A model generated the notes under the pieces. That model was not told where the DNA came from, ran no database searches, and saw nothing but the letters and a program-made list of their open reading frames with translations. A program made the position numbers and the translations under genes. 64,000 nucleotides of DNA. Source: Nitrosopumilales archaeon. GTDB taxonomy: Archaea > Thermoproteota > Nitrososphaeria > Nitrososphaerales > Nitrososphaeraceae. The number at the start of each line of letters is the position of its first letter. The first letter of the stretch is position 1. Below are positions 29,211 to 41,592 of the stretch, piece after piece. Location of the stretch: NCBI GenBank assembly GCA_044507735.1, contig JBIQJB010000009.1, positions 1-64,000 of the forward strand. Direction: 5' to 3'.

Positions 29211-29660
29211 TTGACTAGCAAGATCTTTTATGTCGCGCTGGCTGCCGGAATCGCATTCATAATCATAGGCGCAGCGTCAGGCATCTATACCAATACTGCA
29301 GTGGATGTTCCGCTCGACAATACTGTCAGGCCAGGAGCATCAGATATCATTACACCCCTGATGGATACGGGCAATACGGCCAGCATAACGGTGTCCGGCT
29401 CTATCTTTGACATTACAATTCAAGAGCCTGACGGGCAGGTGGTGGTATCAGAAACCAATGCCACTTCCTTTAGCTACGACCTGACTGCTCAAAAGTCTGG
29501 CGAATACAGGATAGTGATCGACAATAATGGGGGCGAAGATCTGACAGTCAGCGGCCGTGCACAGACCAAGTCAGGTACGTTTGGGTTCGCGGGTGCACTG
29601 ATGCTTGTGACAACAGGGGTAATCGTGATCGGGCTGGGTATGCGCTTCAGGAACCACTAG
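29211..29660 (+). CDS. Membrane protein with GOLD-like extracellular beta domain
   Basis: TM, then DITIQEPDG...AQKSGEYRIVIDN, then TM. Confidence 0.75.
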   Translation: MTSKIFYVALAAGIAFIIIGAASGIYTNTAVDVPLDNTVRPGASDIITPLMDTGNTASITVSGSIFDITIQEPDGQVVVSETNATSFSYDLTAQKSGEYRIVIDNNGGEDLTVSGRAQTKSGTFGFAGALMLVTTGVIVIGLGMRFRNH

Positions 29661-30355
29661 TCCAGATCCTGCAGCAACCTGTGGATGCCTGAATCCTTCA
29701 TCCTGCTCTTCATGCTGGTTATTATCTCTCTCAGGTCGGACTCTTTCTCGTCCAGGATATCTGACAGCTCTGCCAGTGACTTGGGCGATTCTTTTACTAT
29801 TGTGTAGAGTACCTTCCTTTCTTCGCCTTCAAAGTTGTCGGCACCTATTTCATGCAGCCTGTGGAGGATTTGTTGTCTGAGCGCTCTGAGGTCCGCGAGC
29901 CGGGATTCAAACAGCGCGATCTCTTCATCGATGGCTGCCATGCTTTGCTGCAGATAGGCAAGTGCGCGCCCCGTGTCTTCCGGAATAGAGTCAAGCTTTT
30001 TGTAGTATTTTTTCATCGACTCCTTGTGTCGGATCTCTTGGATCTTTTGACTGGATATAGTAAAGTCATCCTCTGATAGTGCGATGGTAAGCACAAATGA
30101 TGAGTTGAGCCTGTAATACTTCCTGTTGGGCGCGCCAAGATCGCTTTTTTCAGCGTAAGTCTCAACAAGACCGCTCTCCTCAAGCGCTTCCAGATGGCGG
30201 AGTATTGCCTGCTGGCCGATGTCTATCTCTCTTGCCAGCTGGTTGAAATACATCGGCTCACGGGCCAGCACGCTCAGTATTCTGCGCCTGGTGTCGTTCC
30301 CCAGAATATCTAAAATAACATCAGATTCCAGTTGATCCCTCTCCAATCGGATCAT
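29657..30355 (-). CDS. ArsR-type wHTH heat-shock regulator (Phr/HSR1-like)
   Basis: ILDILGNDTRRRIL..L..EPMY..QL.....GQQAILRHL..LE..GLV..RKYY plus a coiled coil. Lies directly downstream of the thermosome gene. Start is ATG 30355 or TTG 30346. Confidence 0.85.
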   Translation of the reverse strand: MIRLERDQLESDVILDILGNDTRRRILSVLAREPMYFNQLAREIDIGQQAILRHLEALEESGLVETYAEKSDLGAPNRKYYRLNSSFVLTIALSEDDFTISSQKIQEIRHKESMKKYYKKLDSIPEDTGRALAYLQQSMAAIDEEIALFESRLADLRALRQQILHRLHEIGADNFEGEERKVLYTIVKESPKSLAELSDILDEKESDLREIITSMKSRMKDSGIHRLLQDLD

Positions 30356-30410
30356 CACCTGACAAAAATAAAAAGAAATTGGTGGACATCCTTTTTTCTT
30401 GTTGTTGTTG

Positions 30411-32069
30411 TTACATGTCCATGTCGCCCATGCCGCCACCGCCACCCATGCCGCCGGCACCACCACCGGGCTTGGGCATGTCCTTGGGCTTTGATGCGGC
30501 AATGACGTCGTCAATTCTCAGGATCATGCATGCTGCCTCAGTCGCAGCATTTATGACCTGCTCCTTGACGGCAAGGGGCTCATAGATGTCCTTTGCGGCC
30601 AGGTCAGCCACCTTGCCGTTTATGACGTCTATGCCATATCGGGCCTTTCCCCCGGTGCTGCTGCTCTTTGAGCGAAGCTGCACCTGAGTGTCAAGCGGGT
30701 CCATGCCTGCGTTCTCTGCAAGGACTATTGGGATGGTCTCGATGCCGTCTGCGAACTTTTCGGCAGCCAGCTGCTCTCTTCCAGACAATGTGGCAGCCCA
30801 CTCTCTCAGCTTGAGCGATGCCAGAGCTTCCGGAGCTCCACCACCCACCAGGATGTGCGGGTATTCAACCACGTCCTTGACTGCCATGATTGCGTCATGT
30901 ACCGACCTTTCAGCCTCGTCGACAACCCTCTGAGAGCCTCCTCTTACCAAGATAGAGACGGACTTGGGGTTCTTGCATTCCTCAACAAAGACCCACTTGT
31001 CAGTTTCCACCTTGCGCTCCTCTACAAGCTTGGCAAAGCCAAGGTCGCTTGCGGAGAGCTCGTCAAGGTTGTTGACAATCCTGGCGCCGGTTGCCCTTGA
31101 TAGCTTGTACATGTCGCTCTCCTTTATCCTGCGTACAGCAAGGATGCCGGCCTTGGCAAGGTAGTGCTGCGCAATGTCGTCTATTCCCTTCTGGCATAGG
31201 AGGACGTTTGCGCCTGCTGCTACAATTTTATCAACCATTTCTTTCAACATGCGATTTTCTTCGTCCAGGAATTGTTGCATTTGGTGAGGGTCTGAAATCC
31301 TGATCTCTGCGCTCATTTCTGTCTTTTCGATCTCAAGTGGGCTGTTGACGACAGCGATCTTGGCATTTTCAATCCTTTTTGGCATGCCGCCGTGCACGAC
31401 TTCCTTGTCAAGGACGACTCCGTGGATGAACTTGGTGTCACTTATGCTTCCGCCAGCCTTCTTCTCCACTTTTATGTCATCAATGTCTACCCTGTATTTG
31501 TCACCTGATTTCTCCGCGACAGCCAGGACCGCATCGACTACCATATCAGACAGTTCTTTGGAATCCGCTGCGACCATCTTTGATGCCATGGATGTCCTTG
31601 CGATCTTGGTCAGAAACGTCTTGTCTGTCGGGTCGACTTTGGTGGCGATTTCGCGCAACGTCTCGATTGCCTTCTCAGACGCCCTCTTGAATCCATCCAC
31701 AACTATGGTCGGGTGGACGTTCTTTGTTATCAGCTCCTCCGCCTTTTCAAGCAGCGAGCCGGCAAGCACTACAGTAGAAGTGGTGCCATCACCAACTTCA
31801 TTGTCGGTAGCCTTGCTTATCTCCACCATCATCTTTGCGGCTGGATGCTGCACGTCGATCTCTTTCAAAATGGTGGCGCCGTCGTTTGTTATGGTAACGT
31901 CGCCAAGAGTGTCAACGAGCATCTTGTCCATCCCTCTTGGTCCCAGCGATGTCCTGACTATTTCAGCGATTGCCTTTGCTGCTGTGATGTTGTTTCTCTG
32001 AGCTTGGTTGCCTTTTGTTTCAGTGGTACCCTCTTTCAGAAGAACAATTGGAACTTGTTGCGCTGACAT
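30411..32069 (-). CDS. ths: Thermosome subunit (group II chaperonin)
   Basis: SLGPRGMDKML, TNDGATIL and GDGTTS motifs with a Gly/Met-rich tail. Confidence 0.97.
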   Translation of the reverse strand: MSAQQVPIVLLKEGTTETKGNQAQRNNITAAKAIAEIVRTSLGPRGMDKMLVDTLGDVTITNDGATILKEIDVQHPAAKMMVEISKATDNEVGDGTTSTVVLAGSLLEKAEELITKNVHPTIVVDGFKRASEKAIETLREIATKVDPTDKTFLTKIARTSMASKMVAADSKELSDMVVDAVLAVAEKSGDKYRVDIDDIKVEKKAGGSISDTKFIHGVVLDKEVVHGGMPKRIENAKIAVVNSPLEIEKTEMSAEIRISDPHQMQQFLDEENRMLKEMVDKIVAAGANVLLCQKGIDDIAQHYLAKAGILAVRRIKESDMYKLSRATGARIVNNLDELSASDLGFAKLVEERKVETDKWVFVEECKNPKSVSILVRGGSQRVVDEAERSVHDAIMAVKDVVEYPHILVGGGAPEALASLKLREWAATLSGREQLAAEKFADGIETIPIVLAENAGMDPLDTQVQLRSKSSSTGGKARYGIDVINGKVADLAAKDIYEPLAVKEQVINAATEAACMILRIDDVIAASKPKDMPKPGGGAGGMGGGGGMGDMDM

Positions 32070-32082
32070 AGATTGTTCACCT

Positions 32083-32095
32083 ATGTTAGTAACAT
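32083..32095. promoter_or_regulatory. Palindrome ATGTTA-G-TAACAT in the thermosome leader
   Basis: Perfect 6-1-6 inverted repeat between the TATA-like box (about 32111-32119) and the RBS AGGTGA. Confidence 0.45.
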
Positions 32096-32115
32096 TGCGT
32101 GTGTAACAGGATTAT

Positions 32116-32367
32116 TTATGTGTTATTTTGTATTCTTTCCCTGCCCCTGACGGTCAGGACATAGCCTGAATCAGTCATCCTGACCAGACCCTTGCCCTGT
32201 AACGTGAGCAGCCACATTCTCATGCTGAATTCGTCCTTCAATCCAATTGCATGCAAAACATTCTTCAGCATTCCTCTGTCAGCTAGATTCGATTCGCCAA
32301 TTATCCTTAGGATCCTCCTTTCCAGTTGATCTCTAGTTGAATAATTGCGACTCCTCGAGATGATCAG
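32116..32367 (-). CDS. Small winged-helix protein with non-canonical start (not in ORF track)
   Basis: Hand translation gives (L)IISRSRNYSTRDQLERRILRIIGESNLADRGMLKNVLHAIGLKDEFSMRMWLLTLQGKGLVRMTDSGYVLTVRGRERIQNNT*. RBS GAGGTGA precedes ATT/CTG. Confidence 0.65.
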   Translation of the reverse strand: MIISRSRNYSTRDQLERRILRIIGESNLADRGMLKNVLHAIGLKDEFSMRMWLLTLQGKGLVRMTDSGYVLTVRGRERIQNNT

Positions 32368-32455
32368 AATTATATCACCTCAAAGCGCGTAATGTATTCT
32401 CCGAAGGGCTATTTAACATTGCTCACAGCATTTGTGTAAGTAATAAATCCCGTGG

Positions 32456-32665
32456 ATGACTATTCAGCTGTACCGGGTGACGATAAATTTGGCTGCGATA
32501 TGTATAGGCGATAGAATCCGTTGCGATGATGGGGTGGAGGGAGTGGTAACAGATCTGCACAAGTATGGAAATGAGCGGCACATAGTAATCAAAACTGCTA
32601 GTGGAGAAGAAAGGGATCTAAAGCTTTCCGACTACTGCCGGAAATGGGTGCATTTATTTCCATAA
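32456..32665 (+). CDS. Small hypothetical protein, possibly SH3/KOW-like beta fold
   Basis: 69 aa ORF with IGDRI...GVEGVVT pattern. Confidence 0.5.
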   Translation: MTIQLYRVTINLAAICIGDRIRCDDGVEGVVTDLHKYGNERHIVIKTASGEERDLKLSDYCRKWVHLFP

Positions 32666-34296
32666 TTCTCTTTCCGGAAAAAATAAATTTCAGTGAAGCT
32701 AATATTTTAGCGCGGCCTTGGAGAGTCTCCTGACGCTCCGCTTCGGCGTATGCACTGTTGTCGGCTGCTCAGGTCTTTATCAACCAATTTCTACTCTCTG
32801 GGGCCGTTTTGAGAATGGATAAAGAATTCGCTGCTGCTCCCAGTTGCCAGCCTCTTCCGTGCAACTTTCTTCCTATCTTGCCTGGACATACTGCACGATG
32901 ATGCTGTGTACGTGTGGAGAATCTTTCTCCCTCGAACATGTATTGCATAGCCACCGTATCGGTTCGCTGCACTCTTCGCATGATTCTAGAACTGCAAGTT
33001 CAGATCCACATGATCTGCATAGCTTTTCCATTTGTAATTCCTCCAGATGGTCACAGAATGTGTGTGACCGCGTATTTAATTCTTATTTTGCAAGCTTGAT
33101 TGCTTTTATGAGTCCCTGAATTGCCAAAGGCGCCCTGTAAGATCAAGAGCTTTGTTTCTTCACGACCTAGGCTAATGTCGAGCCATGTTGGACAAAAAGA
33201 GTGGGTGGAAAATCGCTCTCCAGAATATGGCTGTTGTGTCCATGGTTAGATGATGAAAGAGTCATCTGTTGCCAATGAGATACTTGCAACAAGGACTACT
33301 ATAGAGCCATCATTCAGGATACTGGAAATGTTGATTCTGGCAGAAAAAATCGCAATTGGCTGTCGCTAGTCAAGGCATCATTACGTAGAGCCACTCTTGC
33401 ATCCCATGACGCTGACCGTCCGCCCTGTTGTATGCATTGGAGGGTGGCTGCTGTTGCTGCAGTTGCATTTATCCAACAAACACCCTCAGTCAATAAAGTA
33501 GAGAGTGGCACCTTTGGCGCGGACCAACTATTCTGACACCGACTTTCAGAATCTTTTTGTCGTCATCTTCTTTTGTTTAGCTTTAGCCTTTTCTTGATTT
33601 CTTCCTTGATTGCTCTGCGCAGTTCTTTCTTGGATTGGATTGTGCCAATCAATCCCTCGATTCCTATCTCCGGTGTCTGGTGCCATAATGGATCCTGGCT
33701 ATGCCAATTTTTCAATGACTGTAGTGCCAGGCTTTTCTTCTGCAGTACAGTTGTTGTTCTCTTTCCCTCTCTTCGCATGTATATAACACCTCTAGAAGAC
33801 AACTTGGCAGCAGCATGGCTGCCAGGGATGTCCGGTCTTACTAATTCTACAATGCAAGATTTAAAGTTACTCACAACGTGTGAGTCATGAATGCTTCGCC
33901 TCTGGGCAATATTGGAGTCGGATCATCTGAAAATGTGCAAGGGTCTCAAATCTGATTCTGGGGGGCAGCCCATTGAGGAGATTGGCAGGGATTTGGCCGA
34001 TGCCATGGAAACACCTGGTATGATCTCCACAAATACACATAACATGAGAATTGGAGACTTTGGCAGGGGAAACTTTGCCACGGCTGCTGTCAAATCACTG
34101 CAGGCTGTGGCTGCGTGCGGGTCATAATGGAATTTGGAGGCATAAGGACCCGCGGAAGAGGTTGGATAGTGCTAAGCGAAACCGAAGAGCTGCCTGCTAT
34201 TGGACAGAGAACTTGAAGAAAGAGAAATTGTGCTGACTACCGCATAACAGGCTAGTGGGATCCTCTCTCCCGCACACCTCTCTGTCCAAATATGAA

Positions 34297-35124
34297 CTAG
34301 CAGAACTCTGCCTTTTTGTAAGAACCCAGGATCTTGATGTATGATGTCTTTGGTTTTATTGACTTGAGAGCTTCTCGTACAGCCTTGTCACGAGTATGGC
34401 CTTCAAAGTCCACGTAAAAGTTGTACTCCCACGGAGTTTCTTTTGTTGGCCGGGATTCTATCTTGGTCAAGTTTATCCGGCGCATAGCAAACTCACCCAC
34501 AACCCCAAACAGCGCACCGGGGATGTGCTTTACCGAAAATATTATGGATGTTTTGTAATTGCCACCCTTTGCATTGCCCACCTTCTTCTTGGCAGACAAT
34601 ACTAGAAATCTGGTATAGTTGTTCTTTCTGTCTTCAATGCCTTCGTCAAGGATCTCCATGTCGTAGAGCTCGGCAGCCCTCCTGCTCGCAATGGCCGCGG
34701 AATCGAGCATCTTGTTTTCCTTTATCATCTTCACTGCGCCAGCAGTGTCGTAGGCCGGCACCGATTCAAGCTTCTTCTTTTGTAGGTAGCCCCTGCATTG
34801 CGCCAATGCTTGAGGGTGCGAGTGTACAAACCTGATCTTGGTGGCGCCCTTGTTTGCAATAAGGCAGTGTCTCACTCTCTGGTATACTTCTCCTATCACG
34901 CTCATCTTTGTCTGCAACAGCAGATCGTAGGTCTCGTTGACGCTACCTTCAATCGAGTTCTCCACTGGCACGACGATATAGTCAACTTCGCCGTCGCTAG
35001 CGGCGTCAAAGACATCCTGAAAAGATTTTTTTGGTACAAGAGTCGCCCTGGGGAAATATTGAAGGGCCGCCATTTCCCCGAATGCACCACGTTCACCTTG
35101 AAAGGCGACCTTTGCCATGGCCAT
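34297..35124 (-). CDS. pheA: Prephenate dehydratase (PDT plus ACT)
   Basis: VAFQGERGA, PVENSIEGSV, SHPQALAQC, NYTRF and LTKIESRP motifs. Confidence 0.96.
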   Translation of the reverse strand: MAMAKVAFQGERGAFGEMAALQYFPRATLVPKKSFQDVFDAASDGEVDYIVVPVENSIEGSVNETYDLLLQTKMSVIGEVYQRVRHCLIANKGATKIRFVHSHPQALAQCRGYLQKKKLESVPAYDTAGAVKMIKENKMLDSAAIASRRAAELYDMEILDEGIEDRKNNYTRFLVLSAKKKVGNAKGGNYKTSIIFSVKHIPGALFGVVGEFAMRRINLTKIESRPTKETPWEYNFYVDFEGHTRDKAVREALKSIKPKTSYIKILGSYKKAEFC

Positions 35125-35726
35125 TACTTGCCTGCTTTTTGTATCAATCGAAATGATTCTTTGCCGTAGTCGTGCGCAAGCTTGCGATTCTCAAACGCGC
35201 CGCACTCGACACACTTGATGGTGCTTTCGTTGGTGCGCACTGTGTCTCCTCCGCACATGAAGCAAAGTGCATAGAGTAGCCCGAACTCTTTCTCTGCAAG
35301 CGTTAGGTGGATCGTCGAGTTTAGGAGGCTAATGACCCTGCCCCTTACAATGTCTCCATTGTGAAAGGTAGCGCGCCTGTCGCCCCTCCTCTCCATATCG
35401 GCACGGGTGCCAAGCTTTGCAGAAGCTATGGCCGAAAAGCCCGCGTCGGACCACTTGTCGTTGATATAGAGAATCTTGATAGAAACCATAGTGCTAAACA
35501 TCATCTCAACATACCCTACAACGATGTCGCCAATCTTTGGGAGCATCGGAGAATGCTTGGGCTCAATTTTGACAATCCTGCGCTTCAGGTCGTAAACCTT
35601 GGTTCCAATGGTTGTGGAGCGCACTGTCCCATCAGATGCTAGAAAAGTGTTCTTGCCGCCCTCAAATTCTTCAATGGAGGCAATATGTTCGCCGGGCAAC
35701 ATTGGCTTGTTGTCATGTTTGCTCAT
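35124..35726 (-). CDS. csl4: Exosome RNA-binding subunit Csl4
   Basis: LPGE.I...EEF, S1 domain, GDIVRGRV and C-terminal Zn ribbon ending ENRKLA.DYG. Confidence 0.92.
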   Translation of the reverse strand: MSKHDNKPMLPGEHIASIEEFEGGKNTFLASDGTVRSTTIGTKVYDLKRRIVKIEPKHSPMLPKIGDIVVGYVEMMFSTMVSIKILYINDKWSDAGFSAIASAKLGTRADMERRGDRRATFHNGDIVRGRVISLLNSTIHLTLAEKEFGLLYALCFMCGGDTVRTNESTIKCVECGAFENRKLAHDYGKESFRLIQKAGK

Positions 35727-35865
35727 TCAATAATTGAACTCTGATGGAAAGTTATAACTGTTTAGAGGATAAAATTTTGGAAATTTTTTGCGTTTTGCAT
35801 GTAAACCTATAGGTTTGTTGCCGGATAATCTGGGCGAAAGATAATAAAGGTATAAAGAGCAGTAA

Positions 35866-38046
<2,181 letters not shown>

Positions 38047-38090
38047 ACTCTTTTTCCTTTTTCATTCATTTTTTGTTTGGAATTTTTCCG
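38047..38090 (+). terminator. Oligo-T archaeal terminator
   Basis: Several T-runs directly after the cdc48 stop codon. Confidence 0.55.
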
Positions 38091-38152
38091 ACACTGTGTC
38101 AAGGCAAATGTTTTTAAGCAATTGGTTTTATGTTAGACGTAACTAAAAGAAA

Positions 38153-39496
38153 TTGGTTGAAAATTCACAGGTTCAACTCGTAGAAAAACCAACTGCAGCC
38201 ACTCTAAACCGCTTTGTCAAACCCGTTGACATCAACAAATTAGTTGCACAGTACGGGACACCGCTTTATTTGGTGGATGAAGACACGCTGCACGCAAAGG
38301 CCAAGGAACTACACAGCGCTTATTCAAAGTACAAGGGTCCAGTCAAGATCGCGTACTCGATCAAAGCCAACTTTACGCCGGCAGTGATCAAGACGTTCAT
38401 GAAGGACGGGTTGACTTTCGACCTGACTTCTCTTGGCGAGCTCCATTTCATCAAGCGCTGCAAGGCAGATCCAGAGAATGTCATTTACACGAGCGTGACA
38501 GAAGAGCCAGAAGAGTACATCGAAGTGCTCCAGAGCGGCGTCCGCAGAGTTGTCGTCAGCTCCTTTAACGGGATGACAAACTTGGCCAAGGCTGCAAGCA
38601 AGGTAGGCACAAAGCCGCTCACGATGATACGCGTCAACCCAGAGGTGGGCGTCAAGGCCGAGGTTCGCGCATCATATAGGAACGGCAAATTCGGAGTACC
38701 GTTTAACGGTGGCACGATCGACAGCGCAGCCAAGATTGTCAAGCACATCATGGGCAATGACTACCTCAAGTTCGAGGGCTTCCACTTCCATCTCGGTTCT
38801 CAGATCACCGACTTTTCATGCTATACCCACGCACTCGACAAGATGGACGCATTCATGACCAAGATGAAGAAGGAAAATCCTGGCTTCCATGTCAATACGT
38901 TTGATATTGGAGGAGGAACACCTGTATTTTACAACGATCCAGTCCCGACTCCTGCACAGATGGCTGAAAATCATGTCGGCAAGCTGAACCAACTTGCAGA
39001 GACCCATGGCACATTCACTCTAATGATCGAGAGCGGTCGCTTCCTGGTGGCTGAATCGTCGATGCTGATCTCAAGAATTGTCAACACCAAGGTATACAAC
39101 GAGCACAAGATCGTGATAGTTGATGCAGGATATCACATACTTCTCGACGCGGCGCTGCTCAAGCAGGAATATCCGCAGGAAGTAGTGCCAGTAGTAGACA
39201 GCAAGGACAGGACAACTGCACTTGCGCCTGTGAAAAATACTCACCTTGCGGGAAGACTGTGCGACACCTATGATGTATTCCCGCTTTCAAAGGCGTCAGA
39301 CCTGACCGAGTCAGAGGTCGGCAGATACGTCTCGTTCTACAATGTTGGGGCCTACTCGGTCGTTTTCAACATGCCCTTCCACTGCCAGATCAAACCGCCG
39401 ATAGTCATGAAGGACAGCGACGGCAAGTTCCGTCTGGTTAGAAAGGAAACGACGTACGAGCACCTCTTCAGAGAAGAGGGCGGCGACCTGGTCTAA
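38153..39496 (+). CDS. lysA: PLP-dependent group IV decarboxylase (diaminopimelate decarboxylase-like)
   Basis: YGTPLY, YSIKAN (PLP Lys), HFHLGSQ, DIGGG, ESGRFLV and GRLCDTYD motifs. Substrate not certain. Confidence 0.8.
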   Translation: MVENSQVQLVEKPTAATLNRFVKPVDINKLVAQYGTPLYLVDEDTLHAKAKELHSAYSKYKGPVKIAYSIKANFTPAVIKTFMKDGLTFDLTSLGELHFIKRCKADPENVIYTSVTEEPEEYIEVLQSGVRRVVVSSFNGMTNLAKAASKVGTKPLTMIRVNPEVGVKAEVRASYRNGKFGVPFNGGTIDSAAKIVKHIMGNDYLKFEGFHFHLGSQITDFSCYTHALDKMDAFMTKMKKENPGFHVNTFDIGGGTPVFYNDPVPTPAQMAENHVGKLNQLAETHGTFTLMIESGRFLVAESSMLISRIVNTKVYNEHKIVIVDAGYHILLDAALLKQEYPQEVVPVVDSKDRTTALAPVKNTHLAGRLCDTYDVFPLSKASDLTESEVGRYVSFYNVGAYSVVFNMPFHCQIKPPIVMKDSDGKFRLVRKETTYEHLFREEGGDLV

Positions 39497-39574
39497 CAGC
39501 AGCAACAACAATTGCATCCGCCTTTTTTGCGGCGGGAACATTTTTTAAATCAATGACAACAGCAATACTGGAAG

Positions 39575-39862
39575 ATGAGCGACAGCAAAAAGACCCGCGC
39601 CCACATCCTTGTCAGTGGCACAGTCCAGGGCGTATATTTCAGACAAAACACAAAGGAGGTTGCGACGAAGCACAATGTTACTGGCTGGGTGCGCAACCTG
39701 CCGGACGGTCGGGTAGAGGCCATCCTTGAAGGTAATGAACCTGATGTCAACAAAGTGATCGAGTGGTGCCATGTTGGGCCACCAAAGGCCAAGGTGGACA
39801 ACGTGAGCGTAAAGTTCGACAATTACACGGGCGAGTTTGCCGACTTTGTAATAAGCTACTGA
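39575..39862 (+). CDS. acyP: Acylphosphatase
   Basis: VSGTVQGVYFR and GWVRNLPDGRVE motifs. Confidence 0.95.
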   Translation: MSDSKKTRAHILVSGTVQGVYFRQNTKEVATKHNVTGWVRNLPDGRVEAILEGNEPDVNKVIEWCHVGPPKAKVDNVSVKFDNYTGEFADFVISY

Positions 39863-40200
39863 ATTTTCTGGTACGCCTCTGCAATCTGCTTTTTTACATT
39901 CTCTACTTCTTCGGTAGTCCTGACTGTTGCCGTCGTCGGAGGAGCAGCCCTGCCGTACCTTATCGACAGTACAAGCGAGTCGCTTGCCGGCTTGATATCA
40001 AGGAAAGTGCGAAAATTCATTGTCTTTGCATAAGCAACTCTATGAGGTCTAACCTCTTCGATGACGTTGCTGCCAAGCGATCTAACGAAACCGCGGAGGT
40101 CAAGCAGTATCGTCCTTGCCGGCTCTTTCAGCCCTTCCAAGTGACTTTCAAAAGGGATGTGGTTGTTGGGAGCGCTGGACATCATATCTTGATGGCACAT
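39856..40200 (-). CDS. DUF5655-like hypothetical protein
   Basis: VRSLG.NV.EE....RVAY...RTF.DI...and a terminal IAEAY pattern. Confidence 0.7.
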   Translation of the reverse strand: MCHQDMMSSAPNNHIPFESHLEGLKEPARTILLDLRGFVRSLGSNVIEEVRPHRVAYAKTMNFRTFLDIKPASDSLVLSIRYGRAAPPTTATVRTTEEVENVKKQIAEAYQKIQ

Positions 40201-40585
40201 GGGGCTATTTCAAACTATTCGATGATCCAACCGTCGTCACGCTTCTTGCCAGCCCGGGAGCAGGAGCTGTGCTTGCGATGATATGACCCGTGGCCGGGCC
40301 TTGAAAGCGGGCCGCGGGTGAAATTCCTTGCTGTCGACTCTCATATTTCCATCTATAGTCAGGATTGTTCTATTATCTACCAGAATGGCGTACCAATTAG
40401 TAGTTGTTGCCATGGCGAGACAGCGGACGCAGCGGCACTAGCAGTGTGTCATTCATCCTGTTGCGAAAGTGGATGCGCTATGGTTTCACGCAGTGGAATG
40501 CCCCCTCGCCAAATGTGCAGACATGGATTGGTTTGGTGCCAGCGCAGCTGCAGCCAGGCGCTCTCACGTCTTGAACTGATACTGC

Positions 40586-41026
40586 TCAGCTCACAACCAC
40601 CGTTCCCTTCATGCTCGGATGGATCTTACAGTAATACGGGAATTCTCCTTCTTCTTCAAAGGTAAAGCTGAACACTTCTCCGCTCCTCAATATTTTCGAG
40701 TCAAAGGTGTCGTCGTTAGAGCTTGCAGTATGTATGGTAGCGTCACTGTTTTGCCATGTCACGGTTTCTCCGACATTGACCTCGACGGGGTTTGGATCGT
40801 ACGAGTCGCTTCCCGCATCAGCTACTATTCTCACCACTGTTGTAGCATTTGCAGGAATGATGGTCGCATCGGTGCCTCGCCTGGCATTTCCAAATCCTTC
40901 AATATCTCCAAAATCCACAGTATTGTTCGCGTTGACCGACAGAACCTGAGCGGCCACGATGGCAGCACCTATTATGAACGATCCGATCACGATTGAGATC
41001 GACAGCAACACAATTTTCCAAACCAT
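40586..41026 (-). CDS. Membrane-anchored cupredoxin (plastocyanin-like blue copper protein)
   Basis: YDPNPVEVNVGETVTWQN...HTA...YYCKIHPSMKG gives an intact His/Cys/His/Met type-1 site. N-terminal TM. Confidence 0.9.
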   Translation of the reverse strand: MVWKIVLLSISIVIGSFIIGAAIVAAQVLSVNANNTVDFGDIEGFGNARRGTDATIIPANATTVVRIVADAGSDSYDPNPVEVNVGETVTWQNSDATIHTASSNDDTFDSKILRSGEVFSFTFEEEGEFPYYCKIHPSMKGTVVVS

Positions 41027-41079
41027 GGTAAGGACTAGTCTGTTTGATTTTTGTTTTAACCCTTGTTTACCTGTCCTAC

Positions 41080-41095
41080 GTAACTGAGTTACCTG
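41080..41095 (-). promoter_or_regulatory. Candidate operator CAGGTAACTCAGTTAC
   Basis: Contains palindrome GTAAC-N3-GTTAC. 15/16 identical to 41542-41557 in inverted orientation. Confidence 0.6.
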
Positions 41096-41236
41096 AATAC
41101 TTATTTGCCCTGCGACATATCTGACTCTTACTACTACTGGCTGTAGATCGGCACCAGCATCAGCTGCTACTGCACCTGTTGCCATCGCTCGGCCAGACAG
41201 TAACTAACAGCATATTCCTATGGCAATTGAGTCAAA

Positions 41237-41548
41237 TTGGTACATGCACATCGGGAGAGAATTTACATCAGGAAGGATATAATATTGAAGCTTAACGATT
41301 ACGGCGAGCTCAATCAAAGCCAGCTCCTGAGCTATTGCGGATTGAACAACGTGAAGCACAAGCCGATAATCGACGAGCTGGTAGAAAAGGGACTGATAAT
41401 TCGGTTCGAGGAACCGTGGGGCGAGCAGAACCGCATAATCAAATACAGGGTTTCGGAGAAGGGGAGAGAAATAGTCGCATCGATCCTTGAGCCATACGAG
41501 CTATTGTTTCCAAGGAGTGAAAAGGAGAAGCATGAGCACGACAGGTAA
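41237..41548 (+). CDS. Winged-helix transcriptional regulator
   Basis: HRERIYI.KDII...LNQSQLLSYCGLN.....IIDELVEKGLI...YRVSEKG. Confidence 0.88.
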   Translation: MVHAHRERIYIRKDIILKLNDYGELNQSQLLSYCGLNNVKHKPIIDELVEKGLIIRFEEPWGEQNRIIKYRVSEKGREIVASILEPYELLFPRSEKEKHEHDR

Positions 41549-41557
41549 CTCTGTTAC
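41542..41557 (+). promoter_or_regulatory. Candidate operator CAGGTAACTCTGTTAC
   Basis: Second copy of the motif, 7 bp upstream of the TTTATA box of the next gene. Confidence 0.6.
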
Positions 41558-41592
41558 TGTCCACTTTATAATGGAGAAAAGTGAATCGCTAG

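Noticed and set aside
32666-34290. Short ORFs between the thermosome region and pheA (for example 33563-33874 and 33891-34236)
   Set aside because: No recognisable motifs. Probably decayed sequence, so no product can be supported.
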